Assembly: GCA_963708295.1 (NCBI GenBank)
Contig: CAVPSJ010000006.1
Span: forward strand, 1-64,000
Source of the DNA: an uncultured delta proteobacterium
GTDB taxonomy: Bacteria; Desulfobacterota; BSN033; UBA1163
Length of the DNA stretch: 64,000 nt
Direction of reading: 5' to 3'
In this document: positions 1-11,010 of the stretch, piece by piece
Position numbering within the stretch: position 1 is the first letter of the stretch
Layout: every line of letters begins with the position of its first letter
Made by a program: the position numbers and the translations under genes
The notes under the pieces: generated by a model
The model's input: the letters and a program-made list of their open reading frames with translations, nothing else
What the model was told of the DNA's origin: nothing
Databases searched by the model: none

Positions 1-82
1 ACGACGACCTGTCTGAAAGCTTGCAACTTTTCGGTGCACCGGCGGCCAATGCTGCGATGATGCTTGCAATAGTACTGACCAT
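1..82 (-). CDS. 5' part of a hypothetical protein running off the window edge
   Basis: ATG at 82 with GAGGGAG RBS-like motif upstream; reads MVSTIASIIAALAAGA... Confidence 0.35.
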   Translation of the reverse strand, partial: MVSTIASIIAALAAGAPKSCKLSDRSS

Positions 83-332
83 TTTACACTCCCTCGCTCG
101 TTCAAGGCAAAAAAACTCGGGACAGTATTAATTTACAATCGTAATATACATTATTCTCAACTTTTTCAGAAGAAAAAGTTACCGCAAGAAGTCCTTGCTT
201 GACCTGACACTGTCCATAAGGGCAAGTCATGACCTTGAGACCTGAAGGGTTTTGGGGTCAGGCTTAAAAATTGAGATTCGGTTCCATTTACGAAAAACTT
301 GGTTATTCCGTTAAATACCAGAGGATGGAATG

Positions 333-372
333 TAAAAAAGGGATTAGCCCCGTCTTGGCCAATCCCTTGATA
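333..372 (-). terminator. hairpin with U-tract downstream of tRNA-Leu
   Basis: minus strand AAGGGATTGGCC-loop-GGCTAATCCCTTTTTT. Confidence 0.55.
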
Positions 373-374
373 TT

Positions 375-463
375 TGGTGCCTAGGGCCGGACTTGAACCG
401 GCACGGTGGTCACCCACCGAGGGATTTTAAGTCCCTTGCGTCTACCAATTCCGCCACCCAGGC
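375..463 (-). tRNA. tRNA-Leu (anticodon TAA)
   Basis: GCCTGGGTGGCGGAATTGGTAGACGC...CTTAAAA...long variable arm...GGTTCAAGTCC...ACCA. Confidence 0.97.
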
Positions 464-561
464 GTTTGTTCGCGATTCATCACTCGTGAGCCGTGATTTT
501 GGAATCGTCTCATGTCCATAATTATCTCACAAAAATATTCCTAAGGATATTGTTTGCCACC

Positions 562-789
562 TCACGAAACTTTCTTTCTCTTCCGTGCCCCATGAAGCTC
601 TGTGTTTGATCGGTGTTCGTTCAGATCCCTTTTCAGACCGCTGATTTCTATCTGGAGCCGCTGATGCTCCGCCTCATCCTGGCTGGCAAGCCTGTCTATC
701 TTCTCACTCAAAGGATTGTATCCCTCGATCACCGTATCGAACTTTTCTTTCACGTCCTCCAGAACGATCTTAAGTTCTTCAGAGGCCAT
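562..789 (-). CDS. small coiled-coil hypothetical protein (75 aa)
   Basis: AGGAG RBS before ATG; heptad-like charged helix with basic tail. Confidence 0.7.
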   Translation of the reverse strand: MASEELKIVLEDVKEKFDTVIEGYNPLSEKIDRLASQDEAEHQRLQIEISGLKRDLNEHRSNTELHGARKRKKVS

Positions 790-1029
790 CTATCTCTCCT
801 TTTTCGTCGCGCGAAGACTGCTAAACCCAATAACTGGCAAGACATAACTGTGCCACTTCGGCCCCCATCCCCCTCCGAACCTCCCCCTTGAAGGGTGAGG
901 GGAACCCTGAGATGTATAACTACCGTAAACATTCCCCCCCCTTTTGTCAATCCTAAAATTATCTCAAACTTAAGAACGTGGGAAGGCGACGAATAGGTGG
1001 TGAAACATTTGAGGATGGAGAGGCGATAG

Positions 1030-2265
1030 CTATTTCTTGTGCCGGAGAATGAAGAGACCGTGATTTTTGTCCGTGATGTAAATATATCCCCGCTTATCTA
1101 CGATGACGTCTTCCGTCTGGGTGGCCAATTGTTTGGGAAGCAGTCCCCTCTTTTTCTTCGGGGACGCAGGAATAAAATAGGCAATGGGTGTCGGCACGCC
1201 CGGGGCGCTGATGTCATAAAGCCAAAGGCCTCCGCTCTCGTAGCAGAAATGGATGAGATTGTCCACCTCCGCCAGACAGGGCTGATGGTGGGGCATGTGA
1301 ATGTTATGGGGTCCGAACTTCCCACCCAGGTCCTGGAAATCCCGGACTCCGAATTCTTCCGGAGGAACCGGAATCGGGAAGTACGCAATCGGTTTTGGCT
1401 TCTCCTCATCTTTCACATCCACGACCAAAGCCAGGTTGAGCGGGTCCCTCTCTTCTTCGAGAATGGCCTCCGTGGTGGCGATCGCCAGTTTCCTCGACGG
1501 GATGGGTAAATAAGTGTGAGCTCCCACAACGCTTCCAAAATCTCCGATGTCGATCCGACTGATCTGGCGAGGATGGGAAAGATCGGAGATGTCCAGCGTG
1601 ATGAAACCGGCCCGGCCATAAGGGAGATAAGCCCTGTCCCCTACCACATACGGCGGGCCGTGGAGTTGATAAAATCGCTCCGCCTTCTCTCCTCCCTCTT
1701 CCCATTGCCCTTTCACCCACCATCGTGAGACTTCTTTGGGATGCGCGGGGTCGCTGATGTCCAGAGCGACGAAGATGTTCCCTTTATACCCCTTCATGTT
1801 GGCGGCGAGGTAGGCATATTTCCCTCCTGGAAAAAAGTTGCGATGAGTTCCGAAGCCTCCCGTCTTAAAAGAGCCCAGTAGCTTCGGGTCTGTCGGACTC
1901 CTCACATCCCAGATCAGGATGCCTTCCTGGAAAGGCAGAGAGGGATCGTGCCCCCAGATATCGTTCCGGCCCAGGATTCCATCCCCGATTCTCTCCAGAG
2001 CGGTAACCATCTTTCCCTGGGCCACCTGAACTTGCAAGGTCCATGTATTCGCAGGACCGGGGATAAACTTGACAAGCTCCGGTGAAGAGGGACGGGTGAT
2101 GTCCAGGATGGTCCAGCCGCGGTGCCAGAAATGACCGATATACATGTACCACCGGCCCTCCACCTCCTGGATCGCCATTTTAAATCCGGGCCTTTCGTCA
2201 AGGTCATGGTATCCGACCATCTCCATGTTCTTGCTGATAAAACCCGGACTCTCACTCATCACCAT
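1030..2265 (-). CDS. LVIVD-repeat beta-propeller protein
   Basis: repeated ILDITRPSSP, IWDVRSPTDP, ALDISDPAHP, TLDISDLSHP, LYDISAP motifs; FGPHN. Confidence 0.85.
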   Translation of the reverse strand: MVMSESPGFISKNMEMVGYHDLDERPGFKMAIQEVEGRWYMYIGHFWHRGWTILDITRPSSPELVKFIPGPANTWTLQVQVAQGKMVTALERIGDGILGRNDIWGHDPSLPFQEGILIWDVRSPTDPKLLGSFKTGGFGTHRNFFPGGKYAYLAANMKGYKGNIFVALDISDPAHPKEVSRWWVKGQWEEGGEKAERFYQLHGPPYVVGDRAYLPYGRAGFITLDISDLSHPRQISRIDIGDFGSVVGAHTYLPIPSRKLAIATTEAILEEERDPLNLALVVDVKDEEKPKPIAYFPIPVPPEEFGVRDFQDLGGKFGPHNIHMPHHQPCLAEVDNLIHFCYESGGLWLYDISAPGVPTPIAYFIPASPKKKRGLLPKQLATQTEDVIVDKRGYIYITDKNHGLFILRHKK

Positions 2266-2505
2266 TCTCCCTTCTCAAATCCCTTGTGATCAATCACTAT
2301 CTCCCTGCCTGCGCCCGCCTCCGGTAAGCAGGCAGCTTGATCCCCCCTCACCCCCACCCTCTCCCGCCAGGGGAGAGGGTAACTATGGGTTATTCTCTAT
2401 CTAATTGTGCCTCGACTGCCCTCCGGGACCATAAGGGCGGTGTTTGTTTTCTACAGTGACGCTGTGCGCCATGCCCTATGCGCCATGCTGTTTTCTGCGG
2501 CAGGT

Positions 2506-3678
2506 TCACGGAAGTCTCTGCCTGGCCCCTTTGATCGTATCGATCACATTGTTCTGCATCTTTCCGTCTTTGGTATCTGCAACGCAGATATAGAGGTCCG
2601 CAATCACCTGCCCCCGCTCGTCAAACCGGATCGTTCCCCGGGGGCTGTTCAGGGAGATTTTGGAAATGGCAGCCAGGAATTTGTCTTTATCAGAAAGATT
2701 CCCCTTAACGCTGGAAGCAGCCGCCAGGATGACCTTGGCCGCATCATAAGCATTCACACTGGGCAACGACGGGTCAATATTAAATTTGGCTCGAAAGGCG
2801 GCCACGAACTTTTTATTCTCCGGGAGGTCGATGCTCGGTGTGTACGGAGTGATTATCGTATTCCCTTTGATAAAATCCTTGATCGAATCCATGATCGTTT
2901 CTTCATTGATACCGATCCAGCCGGTCAGGGGGATCTTGCCCTTGAGACCGAAGTCCACGTATTGGGAATCAAATTTTATTGCATCCGCGCCCGCATACCA
3001 GGCGTAGACCGCATCGATATCCCTTTTCATCTGCGAAAGGTAAGGCCCGAAATCAGGGGTATTCATCGGCGTGTAGACCTCCTGAACAACCTGCCCTCCC
3101 ACCTGCTCAAAGCCTTTTTTGAAGGCAGCCACCGAATCACGGCCTGCCGGAAAATCGATGCCGAATCCTACCATTTTACGATATCCTTTCTTCTTGTACA
3201 GCCATTCGGCAAAGGGGAAATTCGCCTGGCTCGGTATGACCTGGAGGCGAAACGTATACTTATTGGCCAGGGGCGGAAGCGTTAGATTTTCCGGCATGGC
3301 CAGGGGTATAATCCAGGGAACCTTCTGTTGGACAACGTAGTCTCTCATGGCCACGGCAGCAGCAGCATTGACAGGCCCCATCAGGATATCGATATGGTCC
3401 TTCTCGACTAGCTTCTGGGTCTTGGTCAGTGCAATCGCCGGTGACATAACCTCGTCTTCGATGATAACCTTGATGGTCTTGCCGGCGACACGGTTGGACA
3501 CTTCGTCAAGTCCCAGGGTAAATCCGTTGATGATGTGTGTGCCCTGGAATGTCATGGGACCTGTCTGGGATGCCAGAAGACCGATCGTGATCGTATCTTC
3601 CGGGGCGCCGAAGGAAGCCATCGGAAATACGAAGAGGATGAAAAGAAAAATGAACAGAGCGTACCGAATCTTTTTCAT
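2506..3678 (-). CDS. branched-chain amino acid-type (LivJ/K family) ABC substrate-binding protein
   Basis: signal peptide; ITIGLLASQTG, IIEDE...P..A, AYDAA, SPRGTIRFD motifs. Confidence 0.9.
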   Translation of the reverse strand: MKKIRYALFIFLFILFVFPMASFGAPEDTITIGLLASQTGPMTFQGTHIINGFTLGLDEVSNRVAGKTIKVIIEDEVMSPAIALTKTQKLVEKDHIDILMGPVNAAAAVAMRDYVVQQKVPWIIPLAMPENLTLPPLANKYTFRLQVIPSQANFPFAEWLYKKKGYRKMVGFGIDFPAGRDSVAAFKKGFEQVGGQVVQEVYTPMNTPDFGPYLSQMKRDIDAVYAWYAGADAIKFDSQYVDFGLKGKIPLTGWIGINEETIMDSIKDFIKGNTIITPYTPSIDLPENKKFVAAFRAKFNIDPSLPSVNAYDAAKVILAAASSVKGNLSDKDKFLAAISKISLNSPRGTIRFDERGQVIADLYICVADTKDGKMQNNVIDTIKGARQRLP

Positions 3679-3876
3679 AGTGTCTCCTTTCTATGTTGTG
3701 TGACAACCCGAATTCAGTATGCCCCTCCCTCCCTGCGTGAGATGGGAAGAGGGATTTACAACGAACTAAAATTATATTAAACCCATGTCTGTGTCAAGAT
3801 GGCTGGATAAAAGGTCCTTGATTTTACCTCTCTCTGGATATACCATGCATCTGACTCTGGAGGAAGCCCACCCATC

Positions 3877-5751
3877 ATGATCTTCTACTGGCTCACGCAC
3901 ATTGCGAACGGACTCTCCTTCGGCATGCTCCTCTTTGTCCTGGCCGCAGGGTTATCGCTCATTTTCGGGTTATGCCGGATCGTGAACCTGTCCCATGGCT
4001 CTTTCTACCTCCTGGGTGGGTATATCGGGTTCTCAACGGTTCGCTTGACCGGAAATTTCCCTCTTGCCGTCGGCTTGTCCATGCTCTCCATGGCCATCCT
4101 GGGAATGCTGACAGAACGTTTTCTTCTTCGTCGATTCCGGGTAAAGCCTCTCGCCCAGGTGCTGCTGACCTTTGGTCTCATATTTGTCTTTCAGGACCTG
4201 GCCATCTGGATATGGGGGGGAACCCCCGTCCTGTTGAAGAAACTTCCCATTCTCACCGGCGCGACGAATATCTTCGGCTTCTACTACCCGACCTACCGAC
4301 TTCTCATCCTGCTGATTGGATTGCTGATCCTTTTCTTTCTCTGGTGGCTCCTGATACGCACACGGCTGGGCATCTTCATCCGGGCGGCTGTCGACGACGG
4401 AGAGATGGCGAACGGGGTCGGCATCCGAATGAATTTTCTCATGACCATGGCTTTTGGTTTCGGCACCCTCTTGACCGGACTGGCTGGAAGCATCGGAGCA
4501 CCCTTTCTGGGCGTCTACCCCGGTCTGGATATCGAGGTGCTGCTCTATGCCATGGCCGTGGTCATCGTCGGCGGGTTAGGCAGCCTGAAGGGCTCTTTCT
4601 TCGGCGCTCTCATGGTGGGCCTCGTCGACTCTATGGCCAAGGCACTCTGGCCCGAGACGGGAATGTTTTCGATGTTTGCGCTGATGGCCCTCGTATTGAT
4701 TCTGAAACCTACGGGTCTTTTCGGCCTTCCCATCGCACCCAGCAGCCAGGCGTCGGTCTCAGAGGGCGTGTTTCTGGAAGCGATCCCCTCAAGCTCGGGA
4801 CATCTGTCAAGATGGCGAGGGAGGGGATGGATCATCACGGCTTGTCTGGTCATCGCCGGCCTGGTCTGTCCCATCGTTCTTTCGACATACTACGTCAGGC
4901 TGTTTACGCTTGCCCTCATCTGGGCGATCTTTGCCATGAGCCTCGACCTCATTCTCGGTTTGGGAGGAATCATCTCCCTCGGCCATGCGGTCTTTTTCGG
5001 AATCTCTGCGTATACGATCGGGCTCGCCGCACGTTTCTTGACGCCCAATCTTTTCCTCCAGATCGGTTTGGCTTTGTTCATCTCCGCCTTCGCAGCCCTG
5101 GTCTTAGGATGGCTTCTGCTCAGGAGCCGCGGGGTTTATTTCATGATGTTGACCATCGCCTTTTCCCAGGTCTTTCGGGCGATTGCTCATTCCTGGCGTT
5201 CCGTAACAGGGGGGGCGGATGGCCTTTCCGGTTTTGTGCGGCCCATGTGGATGACCTCTGTCGAGACGTTCTACTACTTCGCTCTCTTCGTCTTTGTCGC
5301 CGTTTTTCTCTTTCTTCGTTTTTTTGTCAAATCGCGTGTCGGAATATCTCTCATCGGAATCCGTGAAAGCGAAAAACGCATGACGAGCCTTGGCTATCCT
5401 GTAGACCGGATCAAGCTCCTCTCCTTCATCGTGTCGGGCGGTCTGGGCGGAGTCGCCGGCCTCCTGAATGTCTATTTCAACGGATACATCAGTCCCGATT
5501 ATTTTTCTGTGGATACATCCGCACAGGCCATCATCATGATCATTCTTGGCGGGGCGGGAACATTGATCGGGCCCATCCTCGGATCGTTCTTCGTCATTTA
5601 CATGCAGAACATCTTGAGCGCGGTCATGGAGCGGTGGACCCTGGTTCTTGGCATTCTTTTTATACTGGTCGTCATCGGCGCTCCAGCAGGAGTCGTGGGA
5701 CTTTGGAGAAAACAATGGCACAAATTCAGCCAGAGAATACTCCCGTCCTGA
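3877..5751 (+). CDS. fused LivH-LivM ABC permease
   Basis: GLSLIFG..IVNLSHG (LivH half) and SLDLILGLGGIISLGHA, GGADG (LivM half) in one 624-aa ORF. Confidence 0.9.
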   Translation: MIFYWLTHIANGLSFGMLLFVLAAGLSLIFGLCRIVNLSHGSFYLLGGYIGFSTVRLTGNFPLAVGLSMLSMAILGMLTERFLLRRFRVKPLAQVLLTFGLIFVFQDLAIWIWGGTPVLLKKLPILTGATNIFGFYYPTYRLLILLIGLLILFFLWWLLIRTRLGIFIRAAVDDGEMANGVGIRMNFLMTMAFGFGTLLTGLAGSIGAPFLGVYPGLDIEVLLYAMAVVIVGGLGSLKGSFFGALMVGLVDSMAKALWPETGMFSMFALMALVLILKPTGLFGLPIAPSSQASVSEGVFLEAIPSSSGHLSRWRGRGWIITACLVIAGLVCPIVLSTYYVRLFTLALIWAIFAMSLDLILGLGGIISLGHAVFFGISAYTIGLAARFLTPNLFLQIGLALFISAFAALVLGWLLLRSRGVYFMMLTIAFSQVFRAIAHSWRSVTGGADGLSGFVRPMWMTSVETFYYFALFVFVAVFLFLRFFVKSRVGISLIGIRESEKRMTSLGYPVDRIKLLSFIVSGGLGGVAGLLNVYFNGYISPDYFSVDTSAQAIIMIILGGAGTLIGPILGSFFVIYMQNILSAVMERWTLVLGILFILVVIGAPAGVVGLWRKQWHKFSQRILPS

Positions 5752-6488
5752 AAATCACGGGCCTCTTCAAGAACTACGGCGGGCTCGAAGTCCTGGCCGA
5801 CATCCATTTGGAAATTTATCGCCGCGAATTGCACGCTTTGATCGGATCGAACGGAGCCGGGAAAACCACGCTTTTCGACATCATTTGCGGCTTCATCCAT
5901 GCCTCCCGCGGAAGTATTCAATTTCTTGGGAAGGAAATCACCTCCCTCCCTCCCTTCAGGCACGCCCATCTGGGGATCGGCCGGACGTTCCAGATTACAA
6001 CTCTCTTCCGTTCCATTACCGTCCTGGATAACCTCCGGCTCACCCTCGAAGCCCTCCCCGCAACCCGCGTTCCCTTTTTGAAATCAAATCGATTTTCCGA
6101 AAAGAACTTAGAACCCATGAAGGACCTGCTCAACACATGGGGGTTGTGGGAGACAAGGAAGTTCCCGGTAGCCGCCCTGCCCTACGGCGTCCAGAGGCAA
6201 TTGGAAATCATCATGGCCCTTCTCCAAAAACCGAGACTGCTGATGCTCGACGAACCCATGGCAGGCCTGGAGGCCGGAAGTCGCGAATCGATGATGCGTC
6301 TGATCAGGGAATCCAGTAAAGAAACGACTCTCTTTTTTATCGAACACGATATGAATGTGGCTTTGCAACTGGCGGACCACGTCACCGTTCTGCATCAGGG
6401 GAAAATCGTCGCTCAAGGAAGCCCTTCGCAAGTTCAAAACAACAGAGAGATTCAGCGAATCTATTTCGGATACGAAGAGAATGATTAG
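5715..6488 (+). CDS. ABC ATP-binding protein, LivG-like
   Basis: Walker A GSNGAGKTT, GRTFQ, LMLDEP; start set at ATG 5715 after GGAG. Confidence 0.88.
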   Translation: MAQIQPENTPVLKITGLFKNYGGLEVLADIHLEIYRRELHALIGSNGAGKTTLFDIICGFIHASRGSIQFLGKEITSLPPFRHAHLGIGRTFQITTLFRSITVLDNLRLTLEALPATRVPFLKSNRFSEKNLEPMKDLLNTWGLWETRKFPVAALPYGVQRQLEIIMALLQKPRLLMLDEPMAGLEAGSRESMMRLIRESSKETTLFFIEHDMNVALQLADHVTVLHQGKIVAQGSPSQVQNNREIQRIYFGYEEND

Positions 6489-6742
6489 ACCGGTGAAAGA
6501 AAGTATTTTCCTCATCTCCCCTTTCGGGGGAGGATTAAGTTCGGGAGGAACTTTATGAACTCCTCCCCCTTAAAGGGGGAGACTGTGAGGGGGATGGGCC
6601 TTTCTGGCCGGTCACAATCTACCCATCCCCACCCTCACCCTCCCCTTGAAGGGGAGGGAATACATACGTTGGCACTTATGTCTGTCTAGGGGAACCGTTG
6701 GAACCGTTGTTTTCGGGGCAGGGTCAAGGCAGGGGTTTTTAG

Positions 6743-7492
6743 ATGGAAAACAGATCGATCCTTAATGTAGAGGAAATTCATACCTACTACGGCCAGAGCC
6801 ATATTCTCCAGGGAGTCACCCTTTCCATGGACGAAGGGACCATCGTTGCCGTGCTCGGCCGCAACGGCGTCGGTAAGACCACGCTCGTGAGATCGCTCAT
6901 CGGGTTCACCATCCCCCGGGAAGGAACGATCTATTTTAAAGGAGAGGACATTACCCGCCTGGAGCCATACGGGAGAGTCGATGCCGGGATCGCCCTGGTT
7001 CCGCAGGGACGCCGGATATTCGGCTCACTGACCGTTGAAGAGAACTTGCTCTCCTCGGCAAAGCGGAGAGAAAAAAGAAAGGTCTGGGATCAAAATGCGA
7101 TTTTCGACCTTTTCCCTCAACTCAAAGAGAGAAAAAAAGTTAGGGCCTCCCATCTGAGCGGAGGAGAACAGCAGATGCTGGCGATTGGCCGAGCCCTCGT
7201 GAGCAATCCCGACCTTCTCCTCCTGGATGAACCCACGGAAGGCCTATCGCCTTCCGTCATCCGGGAATTGATCAAGATTCTTTCTCAACTGGCGAAAGAG
7301 GGACAATCGATCCTTCTGGTCGAGCAGAACCTGCAATTTGCTCTGAGTATTGCGGGTTACCTATTCATCCTGAGCCGGGGGAAAATCGTTTACCAGTCAA
7401 CACCCCGGGAGCTTTCCCAGAAACCCGAGGTGCAACTCGCCTATCTCGGCGTTGGCCAGTCTGAAACAAAAGAGATGAATCCAGTATCGTAG
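6743..7492 (+). CDS. ABC ATP-binding protein, LivF-like
   Basis: GRNGVGKTT, VPQGRRIF, LSGGEQQMLAIGRAL, LLDEPTEGL, LLVEQN. Confidence 0.92.
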   Translation: MENRSILNVEEIHTYYGQSHILQGVTLSMDEGTIVAVLGRNGVGKTTLVRSLIGFTIPREGTIYFKGEDITRLEPYGRVDAGIALVPQGRRIFGSLTVEENLLSSAKRREKRKVWDQNAIFDLFPQLKERKKVRASHLSGGEQQMLAIGRALVSNPDLLLLDEPTEGLSPSVIRELIKILSQLAKEGQSILLVEQNLQFALSIAGYLFILSRGKIVYQSTPRELSQKPEVQLAYLGVGQSETKEMNPVS

Positions 7493-7598
7493 TCCTCTTC
7501 AATCGGAATTTGGCGGGATTTGGCCCTGTCGTTCCTTGTTTCAAAAAGAAAGTTGTGTTAGAGACAAATAGATATCTCTGTAAGAAAAGGAGAAGGCC

Positions 7599-9254
7599 AT
7601 GCGATCCGATGCGATGAAAAAAGGACTCGAAAGGGCGCCCCATCGTTCCCTCTTCAAGGCCCTCGGGCTGACGGATGAAGAGATCGAACAGCCCATGATC
7701 GGAATTGCAAACTCAGCCAATGAAGTCATTCCGGGCCATCTTCATCTCCATCAGATCTCCGAAGCCGTCAAGGCAGGCATCCGGATGGCTGGAGGGACAC
7801 CCCTCGAATTCTGCACCGTCGGGGTCTGCGATGGCATCGTCATGGGTCATGAGGGAATGAAGTATTCTCTCAGTTCAAGGGAGTTGATCGCAGATTCCGT
7901 TGAATCCATGGCCATGGCCTACCCTTTCGATGGTCTGGTCCTCATCCCCAATTGCGATAAGATCGTGCCCGGAATGATGATGGCGGCGGCGCGGGTTGAC
8001 ATCCCCAGCATTGTGGTCAGCGGCGGTCCCATGCTGACGGGCGATGTTCGCGGAAAGGAGTACGACGTCATTTCAGTATTTGAATGCGTCGGAAGAGTAA
8101 AGGTCGGGGAGATGACCCTCGAGGACCTGAAAGAGGTTGAAGGATGTGCCTGCCCGGGAGTGGGCTCTTGTGCAGGGATGTTTACCGCCAACTCGATGAA
8201 CTGCCTTTCGGAAGCCCTTGGCCTTGCCCTTCCCTATAATGGCACGATTCCTGCGGTCTTCGCTGAACGGATCCGTCTCGCAAAGAAAACGGGAATGAAG
8301 ATCATGGACCTCGTCAAGCAAGATTTGAAACCTTCAAAGATCCTGACGAGGAAGGCCTTTGAGAATGCCATTACGGTTGATATGGCGTTCGGGGGATCGA
8401 CGAACACTTCCCTTCACCTCCCAGCGATTGCGAAGGAAGCGGGAATGGAGCTAACTCTTGCTGCCTTTGATGAAATCAGCGAAAAGACCCCCCATCTCTG
8501 CAACATGTCTCCGGGCGGGCCCCACCATTTACAGGAACTTCACCAGGCGGGAGGCATTCCGGCACTGATGCTTGAGCTCAGCTGCGGCAATCTCATCCAT
8601 CGAGATGCACTGACCGCGACGGGAAAGACGGTTGGGGAGAACCTCCAAGGAAAGAAGACCCATGACCCTGAGGTCATCCGCTCCCTGAAAAAACCCTACC
8701 ATCAAACCGGAGGGCTCGCCGTTCTCTTCGGGAACTTAGCACCCCAGGGCGCGGTCGTAAAACGTTCCGCGGTGGATGACGCCATGCTGAAGCATCGGGG
8801 GCCCGCCAGGGTTTTTGATACCGAAGAAGAAGCTCTGAAGATGATCCTGGATGGAAAGATCTTGAAGGGGGATGTCGTGGTCATCCGGTATGAAGGGCCA
8901 AAAGGCGGGCCGGGCATGAGGGAGATGCTGGCTCCAACCTCCGCCATTGCAGGGGTGGGAAGAGACCGCGATGTGGCCCTCATCACGGACGGCCGGTTTT
9001 CAGGAGGAAGCCGCGGAGCGGCCATCGGTCACGTCTCTCCCGAAGCTGCCGAGGGAGGCCCCATTGCTGCGGTTCAGAACGGCGATCTGATCGAAATCGA
9101 CATCCCGAATAAGAAGCTGGGTCTCCTCATCTCTGAAGAGGAATTGAAAAAGAGGTTGTCCCAGTGGAAGCCGCCTCAGAAAAAACTCAGAGGATATCTG
9201 AAACGGTATGCAAAGCTGGTACAGTCGGCCCACACCGGAGCCACCTTCGAGTGA
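7599..9254 (+). CDS. ilvD: dihydroxy-acid dehydratase
   Basis: [58 protein letters not shown]. Confidence 0.97.
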   Translation: MRSDAMKKGLERAPHRSLFKALGLTDEEIEQPMIGIANSANEVIPGHLHLHQISEAVKAGIRMAGGTPLEFCTVGVCDGIVMGHEGMKYSLSSRELIADSVESMAMAYPFDGLVLIPNCDKIVPGMMMAAARVDIPSIVVSGGPMLTGDVRGKEYDVISVFECVGRVKVGEMTLEDLKEVEGCACPGVGSCAGMFTANSMNCLSEALGLALPYNGTIPAVFAERIRLAKKTGMKIMDLVKQDLKPSKILTRKAFENAITVDMAFGGSTNTSLHLPAIAKEAGMELTLAAFDEISEKTPHLCNMSPGGPHHLQELHQAGGIPALMLELSCGNLIHRDALTATGKTVGENLQGKKTHDPEVIRSLKKPYHQTGGLAVLFGNLAPQGAVVKRSAVDDAMLKHRGPARVFDTEEEALKMILDGKILKGDVVVIRYEGPKGGPGMREMLAPTSAIAGVGRDRDVALITDGRFSGGSRGAAIGHVSPEAAEGGPIAAVQNGDLIEIDIPNKKLGLLISEEELKKRLSQWKPPQKKLRGYLKRYAKLVQSAHTGATFE

Positions 9255-9257
9255 TAA

Positions 9258-9449
9258 GAAGGCAGTAAGCACTCTGCAGAAAGCAGAAAATGATAAGGCT
9301 TCTCACCGCCCTACCTTCGTTTTTGTGCTTTGAGTATTATCCGCCTTCTACTTACCGCCTTTTGTCATGTCTGCCAAGGTGGGCAGGCTCCGCTTTATCA
9401 ACCCTGCTGTTTTTATGTTTTCTGCCTACTGCATACTGCCTACTGCTTT
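9258..9449. repeat. inverted heptamer-repeat tracts (GCAGTAR/GCAGAAA type) between convergent ilvD and larA
   Basis: gcagtaa gcactct gcagaaa gcagaaa on the left; tgcctac tgcatac tgcctac tgc on the right. Confidence 0.7.
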
Positions 9450-10868
9450 CAGGACGGGCACGGCGTACGGGCCTTCGCGGATGACCCCCATGGTCGGCTG
9501 AATGCCTTTCTCCCGGTACCGGTAAATCGCAAACTGTACGGCCTTCTGGACCATCTCTTGAGCTTTTTCCAGCGAGGGTTTTATCCTTTTCCCCTTCATA
9601 AAATCGAGCCCACACACTCCCGGAAGGATGCAGTAATTTCCTCTTTCAATTTCGAGGGAACAGTAGATCAATCCTTCCTCTCCCACTTTTCTCAAAACCT
9701 TTCCCCAGACTTCGGGTTCCCATTGGTCCTTCGTGAACTTCCAGCTGGATGTCTTCAGCAAATCCAGGTAGCCGTTCGGTCCCTGTAGTTTGAGGAGGTG
9801 GATCAGGCTCCGGTATTCCGGGGAACCGATGGGGTTGATAAAATCACGGTTATTCGCCGCGATGATAATGACGCCGCCCGTTTTCACAGCCGGAAGCGCC
9901 CCTACCCCGGCCTTTGCCGTCTGGTAATGATCTCTCCCGACATACCCGCTGTGAGTGAGCACGATATCGAACTCCTCCCGGAGAGGAATCTCCGCATAGC
10001 CCTTGATCACTTCAAAAGCCTTCAAATTCGCTTCCACGACATTCCCGGCGAACACCCCCAGGAGGCGCAAGTCCTTGTCGAGGTTCACGTTGATCACAAA
10101 GTCGACCCCGACCGTCTCGGCCACTTCCAGCGCCTCTTCATGGCATGGGTTCCCTTCGAGGATGAGATTCGTTGCCCGGGGATCTTCGAGAAAGGCGGGA
10201 CCATGAAACCTCTGAATCGTTTTGACATCCACCAATCCAGGACAGATAGACTTCCTGCCTCCGGAGATCCCGGTGAAAAAATGGCTCTCAACCAGTCCGG
10301 TGGCGATCTTCAGGTCCGCAAAATAAAAGTCCCGATTGACATAGACATGGGTCCCTCTCTTCGTCGTCCCGATGCTTTCGAGAAGGTCGTTGTTCTCGCA
10401 GTCGTGGTCTGTGATGGCGTATCGTTCAACGACTTCCTTCCCGTACATCTCGATTTTTTCATCTGCGGTGCTCGCCCGGTGCATCCCCGTTGCCACAATA
10501 ATCTTAACGTTCTCCCTCTTGATCCCCGCAGATTCCAGGCGCCTGAGCAAAGGGGGAAGAATCCCTGCCTCTCCCTTGTAGGGGACAGGTCGTGTGATAT
10601 CAGAAACGGCAATCGCTGCGGTCATCTCTCCCGGAGTCTTCCCTTTTCTTCGGATAATCTCCTCGAGGGGGGGGCTGCTGATCGGATTCAAAAAAGCCTC
10701 CTCAAACGCCGCCTTGGGATCCGACAAAACAGGAACGTCCTTCATGGTCAGCTCAACACAGTTTGGAGGCACCGAAACCTCTATCGCGTCTCTTCCAAAC
10801 TCCACCAGAACTTTCTTCCAATCCTTCGTATCCATTTTTTGGATGGCCTTTTTTAGGTCCTTTCGCAT
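9426..10868 (-). CDS. larA: nickel-pincer lactate racemase LarA family protein
   Basis: SDITRPVP, ATGMHR, HDC, GLVESHFFTGISGGRKSICPG, DQW motifs; AGGAGG RBS before ATG 10868. Confidence 0.9.
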   Translation of the reverse strand: MRKDLKKAIQKMDTKDWKKVLVEFGRDAIEVSVPPNCVELTMKDVPVLSDPKAAFEEAFLNPISSPPLEEIIRRKGKTPGEMTAAIAVSDITRPVPYKGEAGILPPLLRRLESAGIKRENVKIIVATGMHRASTADEKIEMYGKEVVERYAITDHDCENNDLLESIGTTKRGTHVYVNRDFYFADLKIATGLVESHFFTGISGGRKSICPGLVDVKTIQRFHGPAFLEDPRATNLILEGNPCHEEALEVAETVGVDFVINVNLDKDLRLLGVFAGNVVEANLKAFEVIKGYAEIPLREEFDIVLTHSGYVGRDHYQTAKAGVGALPAVKTGGVIIIAANNRDFINPIGSPEYRSLIHLLKLQGPNGYLDLLKTSSWKFTKDQWEPEVWGKVLRKVGEEGLIYCSLEIERGNYCILPGVCGLDFMKGKRIKPSLEKAQEMVQKAVQFAIYRYREKGIQPTMGVIREGPYAVPVLKAVGSMQ

Positions 10869-10912
10869 CGTGGTCCTCCTGATCATCACCTGGGATCATG
10901 AAATCTTGATAA

Positions 10913-11010
10913 GCTGTTGAAAAACCCCCATCTGCGGCGATGTCCGGCCGCCTCACCCTCTCGGCGGCGTGGCAAGATGTCGCTCCTTATTCGTCGCGAC
11001 GCCACCCCTT
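10913..11010. mobile_element. partial MITE-like element (GCTGTTGAAAAA end family)
   Basis: gctgttgaaaaaccccc atctgcggcg matches the start of the element at 36415. Confidence 0.55.

Noticed and set aside
3972-5366. Long alternative-frame and antisense ORFs (also 2407-3285, 9798-10856, 23714-24751, 59557-60345)
   Set aside because: Shadows of well-supported genes with no motifs
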